A DNA stretch of 64,000 bases from Syntrophales bacterium (GCA_026417625.1 JAOACW010000003.1:147517-211516); one strand, 5' to 3'. Shown: positions 44,079 to 53,297, counted from the first letter of the stretch. Translations and numbers: made by a program. The notes: a model not told the origin generated them from the letters alone.

Positions 44079-45039
44079 TCACAACACGGCCTTCTTCTTC
44101 GAGTTTCCTCGCCGTTTCCACGATTGTTTTCTGTGCCGCCTCTACCTCCGAAACACGGATTGGAGGCATCATCTCCAGCTCCTCTTTGAGCATTTCGGCA
44201 GCTCTCTTAGACATATTTTTGTAAAATTTTTGTCTCCCCGATTCGTCTACGAGCTTCAATGCTTTTGCAAGTACTTCTGAAGATATTTCTTTTAGAATTT
44301 CCTGGATGCTTCTGTCGTCCAGTTTAAGGATATCGTCGAATGTAAACATGAGACTTCTTATTGAGCTTGCAAGTTCTGGATCGGTTTCTTCAAGGGTGTT
44401 TATTATACTGTTTTCAGTGTTGCGGGAGAGACGGTTGAGTATTTCCGCCGTCACTTTGATTCCTCCAACTTGCTGCTCTGATATGGATGCCACAAGGAGT
44501 TCTTTTTCTAAAGTTTGGGCTATCTCTTCTATGATCTCATGAGGAACGGTCTTCAGGTTAGCAATCCTCCTTATGATTTCACACTGCATCTCTAACGAGA
44601 AGTTATCCAGGATCTGTGCTGCCTGTTCAGGTTTCAAATGTGAAACAATGAGAGCAATGGTTTGAGGATGCTCGTTCTTTGTAAATTCCATAAGTACCTG
44701 TGGATTTATGTCTCTGAGCTTCTCAACGATGGGATTTTCGGTGTTTTTTGCTTTGTCTACCTCAGCCAGTATAGGTAGGGCATCTTTCTCCCCTAGGGCT
44801 TTTACGACAATTTTTTTTGCTGCATCTTCAGTAACGGCAATTGTGCCTCCTGTCTCTTTCGCCAGTTGGAGAAATTCCCTGGCTACACTTTTTATCACCT
44901 CTGCGGGGATGATTGATATGCGATTCATGTACTTTCCTAAACGGCGAATCTCTTGGGGACGAAGATTTTTCATCACCTCCGCTGCCAGATCTTCTCCAAG
45001 GGCAAGTAACATTATTGCGGCCTTTTCCTCGTTTGTCAT
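44044..45039 (-). CDS. fliG: flagellar motor switch protein FliG
   Basis: EKAAIMLLALGED.AAEV.K.L...EI, MFTFDD and the C-terminal torque helix region. 331 aa. Confidence 0.95.
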   Translation of the reverse strand: MTNEEKAAIMLLALGEDLAAEVMKNLRPQEIRRLGKYMNRISIIPAEVIKSVAREFLQLAKETGGTIAVTEDAAKKIVVKALGEKDALPILAEVDKAKNTENPIVEKLRDINPQVLMEFTKNEHPQTIALIVSHLKPEQAAQILDNFSLEMQCEIIRRIANLKTVPHEIIEEIAQTLEKELLVASISEQQVGGIKVTAEILNRLSRNTENSIINTLEETDPELASSIRSLMFTFDDILKLDDRSIQEILKEISSEVLAKALKLVDESGRQKFYKNMSKRAAEMLKEELEMMPPIRVSEVEAAQKTIVETARKLEEEGRVVIARGAGEDEFV

Positions 45040-46559
45040 CGCACCCAGTTCCTCAGAATTTCAGCAAATTTTTTTGCATCGGTGCTTGCCAAATGTCGGA
45101 TGATTTCTGTTTCAGTTTTCCCAGAGAGATCTTCTACTGCAATTTGAAGTGGTGCTTCTCTACCTTCTAAGATTTTTTGAGAAGGTTGACTGAAGCTTGT
45201 CGGAACAGGCTCAACCTTCTCCGTTAACACTTTGACGAGAGGTCGAATAGCTAGGAAGAGGACACTGACAAAAGCAACTAGTAGTATGACATATTTTACC
45301 ACTGACATTGCAGGGTTTAATATAGAATACCAGTCAAAACCCGAGGGTGAACTGTCGACCTCTACTTTACTTAACGGCAAACATGAAACAACTACCTGAT
45401 CACCACGATTTGCATCAAACCCTGCAGATTTTCTGACCAATTCCTCAAGAACCTCGATTTCTTTCTTTGATCTTTCCTGGAAGGTTTCTTTCCCCTTTTC
45501 ATCCTTTACGTATGTCCCATCTACGACTACTGCGATAGAAAGTTTCTTTATATCGCCAACGGGCAGAATGGTTTTCTGCGACACTCTATTGATCTCGTAA
45601 TTTATGGTCTCTTCTGCCCGCTGTTGTTCCTGACTCCCTGATGCAGATCTGGCTGCGCCTGTGGTATTTTTGCTTTCGTGTTTTTGTATGCTTCTCACTA
45701 CGGCAGATTCTGGGTCAAATAGTTCTTCTGTTTTTTCTGTAACCCGAAAGTCGAGATCTGCGGCTACTCTCACTATTGCCTTTCCCTTTCCTACCACTTT
45801 TTCCAGCATACTTTGTATTTGGTTGGCAATTTCTCTTTCGAGATTTTTCTGGTACTCTACCTGTGTAGCCGATAATCTTGAGAGGCGATTGTCTGCGGGA
45901 TTTCTGGAGAGGATGTTACCCCTACTGTCGATGACGATTACATCTTCTGGGGTCATGCCTTCCACGCTTTTAGCTACAAGATTAACTATGCCGTCGACCT
46001 GGTCGGGACGCAAGCTTCGACCAGGTTTCAATTTAAGTGTGACTGAAGCTGACGGTCTTTTCTGCTGGTCAACGAATAAGGATTCCTTTGGTATGGCTAT
46101 GTGAACCCTGCTTTGTTGGACACCTTCAATACTGTTTATGGTTCTGGATAGTTCTCCCTGTAATGCTCGCCGGTAGTTCACCTGTTGTTCGAATTCCGTT
46201 GCTCCGAATGTCTTGTTGTCAAATAGTTCAAAACCAACAGTCCCTCCCCGTAGCGCCCCTGATGAAGCCAGCTCGATCCTCAATTCCGGGACTCTACTGG
46301 ACGGTGCGTATATGGTATCCCCTGAGGGTGATAAGCGGTACGGAGTTTTTTTCTCCTGAAGTTTCGCCACGACCGATGCGGCATCTTCACTGGAAAGACC
46401 GGAGAACAATACCTGATACTCAACCCTGTTCACCATGTAGACGAATATAAGTAGAAGTAGAAGTGTCCCTATGCCGGAGGCGATTATTATCATTTTCCTG
46501 CTTTTGGACAGTGTGTTAAAGTTACCGCGAAGTTGGTTTATAATTTTTAGTGCATTCAT
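45036..46559 (-). CDS. fliF: flagellar M-ring protein FliF
   Basis: N-terminal TM, YscJ/FliF ring domains (SRVHIA.PK.S.F), second TM near the C-terminus. 507 aa. Confidence 0.92.
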   Translation of the reverse strand: MNALKIINQLRGNFNTLSKSRKMIIIASGIGTLLLLLIFVYMVNRVEYQVLFSGLSSEDAASVVAKLQEKKTPYRLSPSGDTIYAPSSRVPELRIELASSGALRGGTVGFELFDNKTFGATEFEQQVNYRRALQGELSRTINSIEGVQQSRVHIAIPKESLFVDQQKRPSASVTLKLKPGRSLRPDQVDGIVNLVAKSVEGMTPEDVIVIDSRGNILSRNPADNRLSRLSATQVEYQKNLEREIANQIQSMLEKVVGKGKAIVRVAADLDFRVTEKTEELFDPESAVVRSIQKHESKNTTGAARSASGSQEQQRAEETINYEINRVSQKTILPVGDIKKLSIAVVVDGTYVKDEKGKETFQERSKKEIEVLEELVRKSAGFDANRGDQVVVSCLPLSKVEVDSSPSGFDWYSILNPAMSVVKYVILLVAFVSVLFLAIRPLVKVLTEKVEPVPTSFSQPSQKILEGREAPLQIAVEDLSGKTETEIIRHLASTDAKKFAEILRNWVR

Positions 46560-46571
46560 AACGTTTGCGCG

Positions 46572-46868
46572 TTATATTGTCATTCTCATTATTTCTTGAT
46601 AGGCTTCTATAAGCTTGTTTCTTATCTGCAACATGGCGCGAAGAGAAATGTCAGCTTTTTCTAGCGCGATGATTGTTTCGTGTAAGCTTCCTTCGTTTCT
46701 CAATTGTAGTGCTACAATCGCTTCTTCTGCTTTAGTCTGCGCATTGCTGACCTCGTTTATTGCACCGATCAACGCCTCTTTGAAGGATAAATTTTTAGGG
46801 TCCTTTTTTAGTCCTTCGGTTGATTTGCTCACCGGGGATGTGTGGTATAGGTTCGGCTCAATTTTCAT
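46572..46868 (-). CDS. fliE: flagellar hook-basal body complex protein FliE
   Basis: 98 aa. FKEAL..AI..V...Q..A and LHE..IA.EKA.IS......IRNK..EAYQEIM signatures. Confidence 0.9.
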   Translation of the reverse strand: MKIEPNLYHTSPVSKSTEGLKKDPKNLSFKEALIGAINEVSNAQTKAEEAIVALQLRNEGSLHETIIALEKADISLRAMLQIRNKLIEAYQEIMRMTI

Positions 46869-46901
46869 TGCTTTATACCTCCATATCTGAAAGCACCGAC
46901 A

Positions 46902-47333
46902 TCATTTACCTATGTCTAGGGACTTAAGAAGCATATTTTTGGTGGCGTCAAAAGCCGTAACACTTGCTTCAAAAGACCTGCTCGCCGCGATCATTTCAGC
47001 CATCTCTTGAATCACGTTTATATTTGGTAGTTTGACCATTCCTTGACTATCCGCGTCAGGGTGTTGGGGGTCGTAAATGGTTTTGAAACTGTTCGTTGAA
47101 TCTTCAAGGATTTCCACTTTCACAGTTTTTAGTGTTTCTTTGAAGTTCTTCTTATCCGTTGTTTGCACCTCCGTAGATGAGAAGACAGGGATCTTTCTCC
47201 TGTATGGTTCGCCACTTGGGGTTTTTGTGGTGTTGATGTTGGCTAAGTTGCTAGTAACTACATCGAGCCTCACTCTCTGAGCGGTCATGGCATCGGCACA
47301 AATCTTGAAAGTTGAGTTGATATCCATTTTCAT
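46902..47333 (-). CDS. flgC: flagellar basal-body rod protein FlgC
   Basis: SNLANINTT....GEPYRRK N-terminus and V.LPNINV..EM..MI.A.R.FEA C-terminus. Confidence 0.93.
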   Translation of the reverse strand: MKMDINSTFKICADAMTAQRVRLDVVTSNLANINTTKTPSGEPYRRKIPVFSSTEVQTTDKKNFKETLKTVKVEILEDSTNSFKTIYDPQHPDADSQGMVKLPNINVIQEMAEMIAASRSFEASVTAFDATKNMLLKSLDIGK

Positions 47334-47710
47334 TTGACCTCCTTGAGAACATTATTAAGCTGGCGGAATTTTCTCGCCAGCATTTCTATGGTGGCGTTGT
47401 ATATAAGTTGGTTCTCCGCAAGATTGGCCATGTGAGTGTCCAAAGTTACGTTTTCTAGGGTTATTACTTCGTAATCTATAAGGGGATCGTAAGTACTTTT
47501 TTCACTTGCGATGTGCCGGGGATGCGTCACACGAACGTCCAGTCTGGTAGGAGTCCCGACACCATCGTTTTTTTTAAGTCTCAGATCAGAAGAAATCCAG
47601 TCAGGGACATCGAGATTTGCTATGTTGCTCACGATAATCTCATGTTTTTTTGCCCTGTAGTTTAGCATTGTTTCTAAGATGCTAATCGTCCTGTTGAATA
47701 ACCGGATCAT
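47330..47710 (-). CDS. flgB: flagellar basal-body rod protein FlgB
   Basis: L.YRAKKHE.I.SNIAN.D.P motif. 126 aa. ATGA overlap with flgC. Confidence 0.9.
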   Translation of the reverse strand: MIRLFNRTISILETMLNYRAKKHEIIVSNIANLDVPDWISSDLRLKKNDGVGTPTRLDVRVTHPRHIASEKSTYDPLIDYEVITLENVTLDTHMANLAENQLIYNATIEMLARKFRQLNNVLKEVK

Positions 47711-47733
47711 TTTTGTACCCCTAATATAAATCC

Positions 47734-47749
47734 TGCAATCATCGTTCCA
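47734..47749 (-). promoter_or_regulatory. sigma-54 (-24/-12) promoter for flgB operon
   Basis: Minus strand reads TGGAACGATGATTGCA (GG-N10-GC). It starts 3 nt after the stop of the upstream sigma-54 activator gene and ends about 24 nt before the flgB ATG. Confidence 0.7.
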
Positions 47750-47752
47750 GGT

Positions 47753-49150
47753 TCAGATATTTTTTAGGTTGTATTCGTGAATTTTGTTACGCATAGTTCT
47801 AACGCTAATTCCGAGTAGTTGAGCTGCTTTCGTTCTGTTTCCACCAACTTTTTGCAGGGTTTCGAGGATCATTATCCTTTCCATATCGCGAAGGGTTAGG
47901 TTTTCTATCCTGGATGTTAAGGATTTGCCTAAGTCAATTTCTAGGTCATTACTACCGACGATGGGTTGGCGATCTTCAGAAATGCCCAGGTGTTCCACAC
48001 TGATGAGTCTACCTTCACAGATCAAGACAGCCCTTTCAATGGTGTTTTCCAATTCACGAATGTTACCTGGCCAGTTGTATTCGTGCAGTTTTTTTTGGGC
48101 TTCTGGTGTAAGAGTGAGATGTTCTTTCCCCATAGCGCTCGAAAATTTCTTTATGAAGTGATTCGCGAGTAACAGTATATCCTTTCGTCTTTCTCTCAGA
48201 GGAGGAATATAAACAGGTATAACATTCAGTCTGTAGTAAAGATCTTCACGGAATTTACGGGCTTCTATCGCTGCTTTTAAATCTGTATTCGTGGTTGCTA
48301 TTATTCTTACATCAACGGGAATTGGTTTCGTTCCTCCAATACGATCAATTTCACCCTCTTGGAGCACTCGAAGGAGTTTTGCCTGGAGTTGCACATCCAT
48401 TTCACTGACTTCATCTAGGAGAAGAGTTCCCCCGTTTGCCAGTTCGAATTTGCCTATTTTTCTCTGTATTGCGCCTGTGAAGGCTCCTTTTTCATATCCA
48501 AACATCTCACTTTCAAGAAGATTGTGGGGTATTGCAGCACAATTAACTGCCACAAAAGGTTTCCCCCACCTGGTGGAGTGCATATAGATGTAGCGGGCAA
48601 TGAGCTCTTTTCCTGTGCCACTTTCTCCTTGTATAAGGACACTGGAGTTGCTCTTCGCCACTCTTTTAAGCATGGCTAGGAGTTTTAGCATGTATGGGTC
48701 TTCAGTGATTATTTCTTTGACGAACCGACCTTTGGATGTTTCTCCAGTCGAATGTTTTTTTGTCATCTGATGGGCCATTACGTTTTTTACGGTGAATTCT
48801 AACTCTTCAATGTTGAAAGGTTTTGTTAGATAATCAGCGGCGCCTTCCTTAATGGCTTCCACGGCGCTTTTGACCGTTCCGTAAGCTGTGATGAGTATCA
48901 CTGGGGTTTCCGGTGAAATTTGTTTTATGTGCTTCAGTACATCCATGCCGTTCATGCGGGGCATGCGCACATCGGAGATCACAACTGAAAAAGAGTCTTT
49001 ACTGAAGATCCTCACAGCTTCTTCCCCATCCTTTGCAGTCTCAACCTCATAACCCGAACTCGTAAGTGCATCGGCAAGGGCGAATCTCATAGTATCCTCA
49101 TCATCGACGATAAGAATTTTTCCTTTTATTCGATTTGTCCCTCTAGTCAT
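47753..49150 (-). CDS. sigma-54-dependent response regulator (REC-AAA+-Fis HTH; FlrC/FleR-like)
   Basis: REC with ILIVDDED and VISDVRMP. GESGTGKE Walker A and GAFTGA sigma-54 contact loop. C-terminal NRTKAAQLLGISVRTMRNKI HTH. Confidence 0.9.
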   Translation of the reverse strand: MTRGTNRIKGKILIVDDEDTMRFALADALTSSGYEVETAKDGEEAVRIFSKDSFSVVISDVRMPRMNGMDVLKHIKQISPETPVILITAYGTVKSAVEAIKEGAADYLTKPFNIEELEFTVKNVMAHQMTKKHSTGETSKGRFVKEIITEDPYMLKLLAMLKRVAKSNSSVLIQGESGTGKELIARYIYMHSTRWGKPFVAVNCAAIPHNLLESEMFGYEKGAFTGAIQRKIGKFELANGGTLLLDEVSEMDVQLQAKLLRVLQEGEIDRIGGTKPIPVDVRIIATTNTDLKAAIEARKFREDLYYRLNVIPVYIPPLRERRKDILLLANHFIKKFSSAMGKEHLTLTPEAQKKLHEYNWPGNIRELENTIERAVLICEGRLISVEHLGISEDRQPIVGSNDLEIDLGKSLTSRIENLTLRDMERIMILETLQKVGGNRTKAAQLLGISVRTMRNKIHEYNLKNI

Positions 49151-49905
49151 TCTTGCTCTGATCCTCCTGTTGCAGGGAATGAAATGCTGAAACGAATGGA
49201 GTTATCATTATCTGCTTCGAAATTTATTATTCCGTTGTGGATATCAACTATTGTGTAAAGGATTGTAAAGGCGAGACCTGAATTTTTTCCGTGTTCGTAG
49301 ATGAAATATTCAAATGGAGAGACCCGTTCCTGAAGGGCACTGTTTCCTCTTTCTACAAGGTTCAATACCACATGGGATACAGTTTTTGATGAATAATTTG
49401 TTTGCGCTTTTTTGACCTCTGTTGATACAAATAGATGTTCCTCTTCTGTAAGGTAACGAATGGCTGTATATATGATGGTAATCAAGAGGAATCTCAGCAT
49501 CTCTCTGTTGCCTAGAATGGGAGGCACATTACTTGTGTAATTAAGCACCAGGTAGGGTTTACCCTGATCAGTAAAGAGTAAATTATCGCCAGTGATTTCT
49601 TTAAGGAGATCGTTAAGATTTAGGGGTTCAAAGGGTATCTGCAGCAGTTTACTCGTTCGGACAAGACCCATGAGGCTCTGATTGATGGACTTAACTGCTG
49701 AAAGAATCTGTTCAACCCTTCTTCTATTTATGTCTTTCTTCTGTTCTCTAAGTAGGAGAGAAGCGAGCAATTCTATGCTTCCCAAAGGATTCCTGATTTG
49801 GTGAACAATTTCATTGCTTACATGATGGATTAATCTTATCGATTCTTCGGAAAGCTTTCCCTTTATGTTTTCGGTGATAAACCCGTATCCTCTATGGTTT
49901 GTCAT
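49147..49905 (-). CDS. soluble histidine kinase (FlrB/FleS-like) with divergent ATP-binding domain
   Basis: H-box SNEIVHQIRNPLGSI and C-terminal HATPase_c-like fold (PFEYF, NSGLAFTIL, IRFSISFP). No TM or obvious sensor domain. ATGA overlap with the activator gene. Confidence 0.75.
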   Translation of the reverse strand: MTNHRGYGFITENIKGKLSEESIRLIHHVSNEIVHQIRNPLGSIELLASLLLREQKKDINRRRVEQILSAVKSINQSLMGLVRTSKLLQIPFEPLNLNDLLKEITGDNLLFTDQGKPYLVLNYTSNVPPILGNREMLRFLLITIIYTAIRYLTEEEHLFVSTEVKKAQTNYSSKTVSHVVLNLVERGNSALQERVSPFEYFIYEHGKNSGLAFTILYTIVDIHNGIINFEADNDNSIRFSISFPATGGSEQE

Positions 49906-49907
49906 CT

Positions 49908-51779
49908 CTATTTCCTGTAAAGGTCAGGATGTTTTTTCATTCGGTGCATCGTCACTAATGTATAATCGGCCAGCTTAATCCAAAAGGTCTGAGGGGTACC
50001 CTCTTTAATCTTTTCTGTAATCTCTGCGACTTTTTTTTGATCGTTTTCTTTCATGAATATGCGAGCAAGAGCATAAAGAAGCCATCTTTTCGACTCTTCA
50101 TCTGCGCTGTTTATGGCTTTGCTTATTTCGTCCGGATCGGGGGTGGTTTTATTTTCCAAGCTTGCCACCACAGGAATCAGAGGAGACACCTTTTCGCTTT
50201 TGCTCAACCGGGAGTAGATATCTTCAACCTCACGGATGACGTTTCTGTTTGTGCTTGTGTATTTAATGAAATCGAGTATTTTTTTGGATTCACCGTGAAG
50301 TGCAAGCTTCTCCAAACTCTGTGCGACTTTTAATAGAGTTTGAGGATTCTCGGGACCGAATACCCCGCGGGATGCTGACATATAGTAAATGTAAAGGACC
50401 GCTAAAGTGTCTCCCTCTGCGTAGAATCTATCGATGAGACTTGTGCTGAGTCCAGCCGCTTTGATAAGGGTATCAGTCCTGATGCTTCCCTCAGGTTTTT
50501 TGTCTAAAAGTAACAGGCATGTTTTTAGAGATTCTATCTCGTATCCCATTTTTCTTAAACCATCCGCTTTTTCGAGTAGAAGCAGGTCCTCTTTTTCCTT
50601 CGGTGGTTTCGGCGTAGTGTTTAAAAGAAGGTCGTAGGAATGAATGGGATCGTAAAAATACTGTGCAGCGGCTAGGTGATATGGGATTTTCTGATCTCTC
50701 TCCCTTATTCCTATAAGTGCCGCAGTGTGAATGCTCTCCCATGCCTCTTCACTTTGGGGAAAACGTTCGAGAATGAGTGAAAGGATATGTAGAGCAGCCT
50801 TTGTCTTGTTAATGGACAGCAGGGACCGAGCCGATATGAGTAGGGCTTTAGAAGTCAGAGGATCGTTAGGATGTAAAGATGCAAATGCCATGAGGAGACG
50901 GAGCGCTACCCGGTGATTATTACACATATGGGCTGATACTCCTGCTTGAAAAAGGTGCTCTTTTGAGACATCTATGAACGGTGGCCATTTGTTGGCGATT
51001 GTTTCGTATGCCTCGTGGGCATGTTGGTACTTGTTCAGTTTGAAGTAAGATGCTGCAAGCCCTAACCAGGCGGTTTTCTCTTCGTTTGATTTTTGATGGG
51101 TATTTATAAAGTTTCGGTACGCTTCCACAGCTTTTTCATAACGTCCAACACGGTAAAAATCATGGGCTATATGAATAAGGGCGTTTATTTTTAAAGGAGA
51201 GGAGCTGTATCCGTTTATGAGTTTTTCCCACGAAGCTATGGCTTCGTGAAAGAAGTTTAGGCCCTCATAGCTGATTGCAAGATTGTGGTAGATTGCATCG
51301 TTTCCTTCTTGGGGATCAGGATACTCCTTAAGTAACTGCTTATAGATTTGAACAGCCTGAAATAAATGGTGGTGAGATACCCTTTTGCCGAGTTCGAAGT
51401 GAGTATCTGCTAGTTTTTTCAATGCCTCTTTTCTTTCCATACCTTGGAGTTTGGATGGATCTGTGAGACTTTTAAGCTTTAAAAGGTTATCTTCTTGGTC
51501 GTTATCCGCAGAACTTGCGCTTACCATTCCAAAGGATATCCCCTGAACGTCTGTTGACGTTTCCTTATCTTTAGACCCCAATTTTTCTGTTGAATAGCCA
51601 ATTATTTGACTATCGCTATCTGAAGACGCTGGTACTTTGACGTAATGTGATCTTGTGTTCATGAGAGGGGTTATACTGTCGTTTTCAGTTGTAGTAGTGC
51701 CGTCCGTGATTTTGGGTAAATAGAGAATCACGACTAGCAATGTGGAAAAAACCATTAAAAAGACATTTTTTTTCATCAT
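49908..51779 (-). CDS. secreted/membrane-anchored TPR-repeat protein
   Basis: Preferred start MMKKNVFLMVFSTLLVVILYL (signal or anchor). Multiple TPR-like A..Y......Y..A repeats. Its stop lies 2 nt before the kinase gene start. Confidence 0.65.
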   Translation of the reverse strand: MMKKNVFLMVFSTLLVVILYLPKITDGTTTTENDSITPLMNTRSHYVKVPASSDSDSQIIGYSTEKLGSKDKETSTDVQGISFGMVSASSADNDQEDNLLKLKSLTDPSKLQGMERKEALKKLADTHFELGKRVSHHHLFQAVQIYKQLLKEYPDPQEGNDAIYHNLAISYEGLNFFHEAIASWEKLINGYSSSPLKINALIHIAHDFYRVGRYEKAVEAYRNFINTHQKSNEEKTAWLGLAASYFKLNKYQHAHEAYETIANKWPPFIDVSKEHLFQAGVSAHMCNNHRVALRLLMAFASLHPNDPLTSKALLISARSLLSINKTKAALHILSLILERFPQSEEAWESIHTAALIGIRERDQKIPYHLAAAQYFYDPIHSYDLLLNTTPKPPKEKEDLLLLEKADGLRKMGYEIESLKTCLLLLDKKPEGSIRTDTLIKAAGLSTSLIDRFYAEGDTLAVLYIYYMSASRGVFGPENPQTLLKVAQSLEKLALHGESKKILDFIKYTSTNRNVIREVEDIYSRLSKSEKVSPLIPVVASLENKTTPDPDEISKAINSADEESKRWLLYALARIFMKENDQKKVAEITEKIKEGTPQTFWIKLADYTLVTMHRMKKHPDLYRK

Positions 51780-51798
51780 TGTGACCGAACTATCAAAT

Positions 51799-51814
51799 TG
51801 CAATTCCCGTACCA
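51799..51814 (-). promoter_or_regulatory. sigma-54 (-24/-12) promoter for TPR-kinase-activator operon
   Basis: Minus strand reads TGGTACGGGAATTGCA (GG-N10-GC), about 20 nt upstream of ATG 51779. This implies a very short leader without a clear SD. Confidence 0.55.
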
Positions 51815-51837
51815 CGTAAGTGGATAGCGGTTGGAGG

Positions 51838-51853
51838 TGGCACTGCATTTGCA
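51838..51853 (+). promoter_or_regulatory. sigma-54 (-24/-12) promoter for PilZ-motA-motB operon
   Basis: TGGCACTGCATTTGCA is a near-perfect match to TGGCAC-N5-TTGCA. AAGGAGG RBS at 51871-51877 and ATG at 51888. Confidence 0.75.
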
Positions 51854-51887
51854 GGATTGTCGAAGCATGAAAGGAGGCTGCAGACAG

Positions 51888-52424
51888 ATGGAATCATCTA
51901 TCAATAATAATAGAGAGTATTCCCGAGTTTATGCCTATATACCACTTAAGTATCGCGTTGTTCCTTCCGATGAATTTCACGGGTTGTGTAGTCACATAGC
52001 AGTTGAGCCTTTTTATTTTGATACATCAATTTTGCCAGAGGTGGAAAATGCGCAGTTAGAAACATGGTTTAATCTGATCAACGAAAAATTGGATTTAATA
52101 ATTAGGCTTTTAAGGGCTCAGGCAGATGGGTTTCAATCACTGCCTTATAAGGCCGTAAATATAAGTGGGAGTGGTATCAGTTTTTCAGTTCACGAGGAGG
52201 TTCGGGTAGGTGACATTTTGGAAATAAAGATGGTTCTTTCCGATTGTAACTTTCATCCGGTATACCTGTGTGTGTATGGAGAGGTTGTCAGGGTGGAGCA
52301 TCTGACCTCTGGTTATGTTATTGCTGTCAGGTTCGTTAAAATGGATGATAGGATAAGGGATGAGATAGTGCGTTTTGTCTTTGAGCGAGAAAGGCAAATT
52401 CTCAGGGAAAGAAGAAAAGGTTAA
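51888..52424 (+). CDS. PilZ domain protein (putative c-di-GMP receptor, flagellar-brake candidate)
   Basis: REYSR (RxxxR) at residues 9-13 and NISGSG (D/NxSxxG) at 91-96, counted from ATG 51888. Beta-barrel-like C-terminus. The listed 51831 start would overlap the promoter. Confidence 0.75.
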   Translation: MESSINNNREYSRVYAYIPLKYRVVPSDEFHGLCSHIAVEPFYFDTSILPEVENAQLETWFNLINEKLDLIIRLLRAQADGFQSLPYKAVNISGSGISFSVHEEVRVGDILEIKMVLSDCNFHPVYLCVYGEVVRVEHLTSGYVIAVRFVKMDDRIRDEIVRFVFERERQILRERRKG

Positions 52425-52439
52425 ACGGGGAAAAGTACA

Positions 52440-53294
52440 GTGGTTGTGTCCATAGGTTTTGTTGTTGTTATTGTTTCTGTTGTGGGTGGTTTTCTTCTAG
52501 AGAAGGGTAATCTTTATGTGCTATTCCAGCCAGCGGAATTTCTGATAATTGGTGGCGCGGCGGTTGGGTCTTTTATCATTGCATCCCCCAAAAAAGTTAT
52601 AAAGGGGGTGCTGGAGCATACAAAGAGGATCTTCAAAAAGACAAGTTATGATAAAAATGATTACCTGGAGGCATTGCTTTTCCTCAATGGTGTGTTCTAC
52701 AAGATAAGAAAGCAAGGACTTGTGGCGATTGAGAGTGATGTGGATAACCCTGCAGGTAGTCCTCTGTTTAACCGTTACAGCTCCATAATGGGAAATGAAA
52801 GGGTCTTACATTTAGTTTCTGATACCCTCCGAATGGTTATGAGCACCACAATTGCCCCTCATGAGTTGGAGTCACTTATCGACAGTGAGATAGAAAGTCA
52901 TTATGAGGAGTTGATCTTACCTTCGAAAAGTGTGAACAGTGTTGCTGATAGCTTGCCCGGACTCGGTATAGTAGCAGCGGTGCTCGGAGTTGTGCTTACC
53001 ATGGGTAAGATGGGAGAACCACCAGAGGTGCTAGGTCACAGTATAGGTGCTGCCCTGGTGGGAACATTTTTAGGTGTTCTCCTCTGTTACGGTTTTGTAG
53101 GACCAGTGGGGCGTCATATGGAGCATATAGCCCGTGAGGAGATACGTTTTCTCACCGTTTTTAAGGTAGCACTACTCGCTTTTGTCCAGGGAGCGGCACC
53201 GAAAGTAGCACTTGAGTTTGGCAGGCGGGTTATTCCCAAAGAGGTGAAACCCACCTTCACCGAAGTGGAGGAACTCCTGCGTAAGAGTAAGTGA
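52440..53294 (+). CDS. motA: flagellar stator protein MotA
   Basis: GTG start. N-terminal TM pair, GLGIVAAVLGVV.TMG and LVGTFLGVLL.YG TM3/TM4 motifs. 284 aa. Confidence 0.92.
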   Translation: MVVSIGFVVVIVSVVGGFLLEKGNLYVLFQPAEFLIIGGAAVGSFIIASPKKVIKGVLEHTKRIFKKTSYDKNDYLEALLFLNGVFYKIRKQGLVAIESDVDNPAGSPLFNRYSSIMGNERVLHLVSDTLRMVMSTTIAPHELESLIDSEIESHYEELILPSKSVNSVADSLPGLGIVAAVLGVVLTMGKMGEPPEVLGHSIGAALVGTFLGVLLCYGFVGPVGRHMEHIAREEIRFLTVFKVALLAFVQGAAPKVALEFGRRVIPKEVKPTFTEVEELLRKSK

Positions 53295-53297
53295 CGA

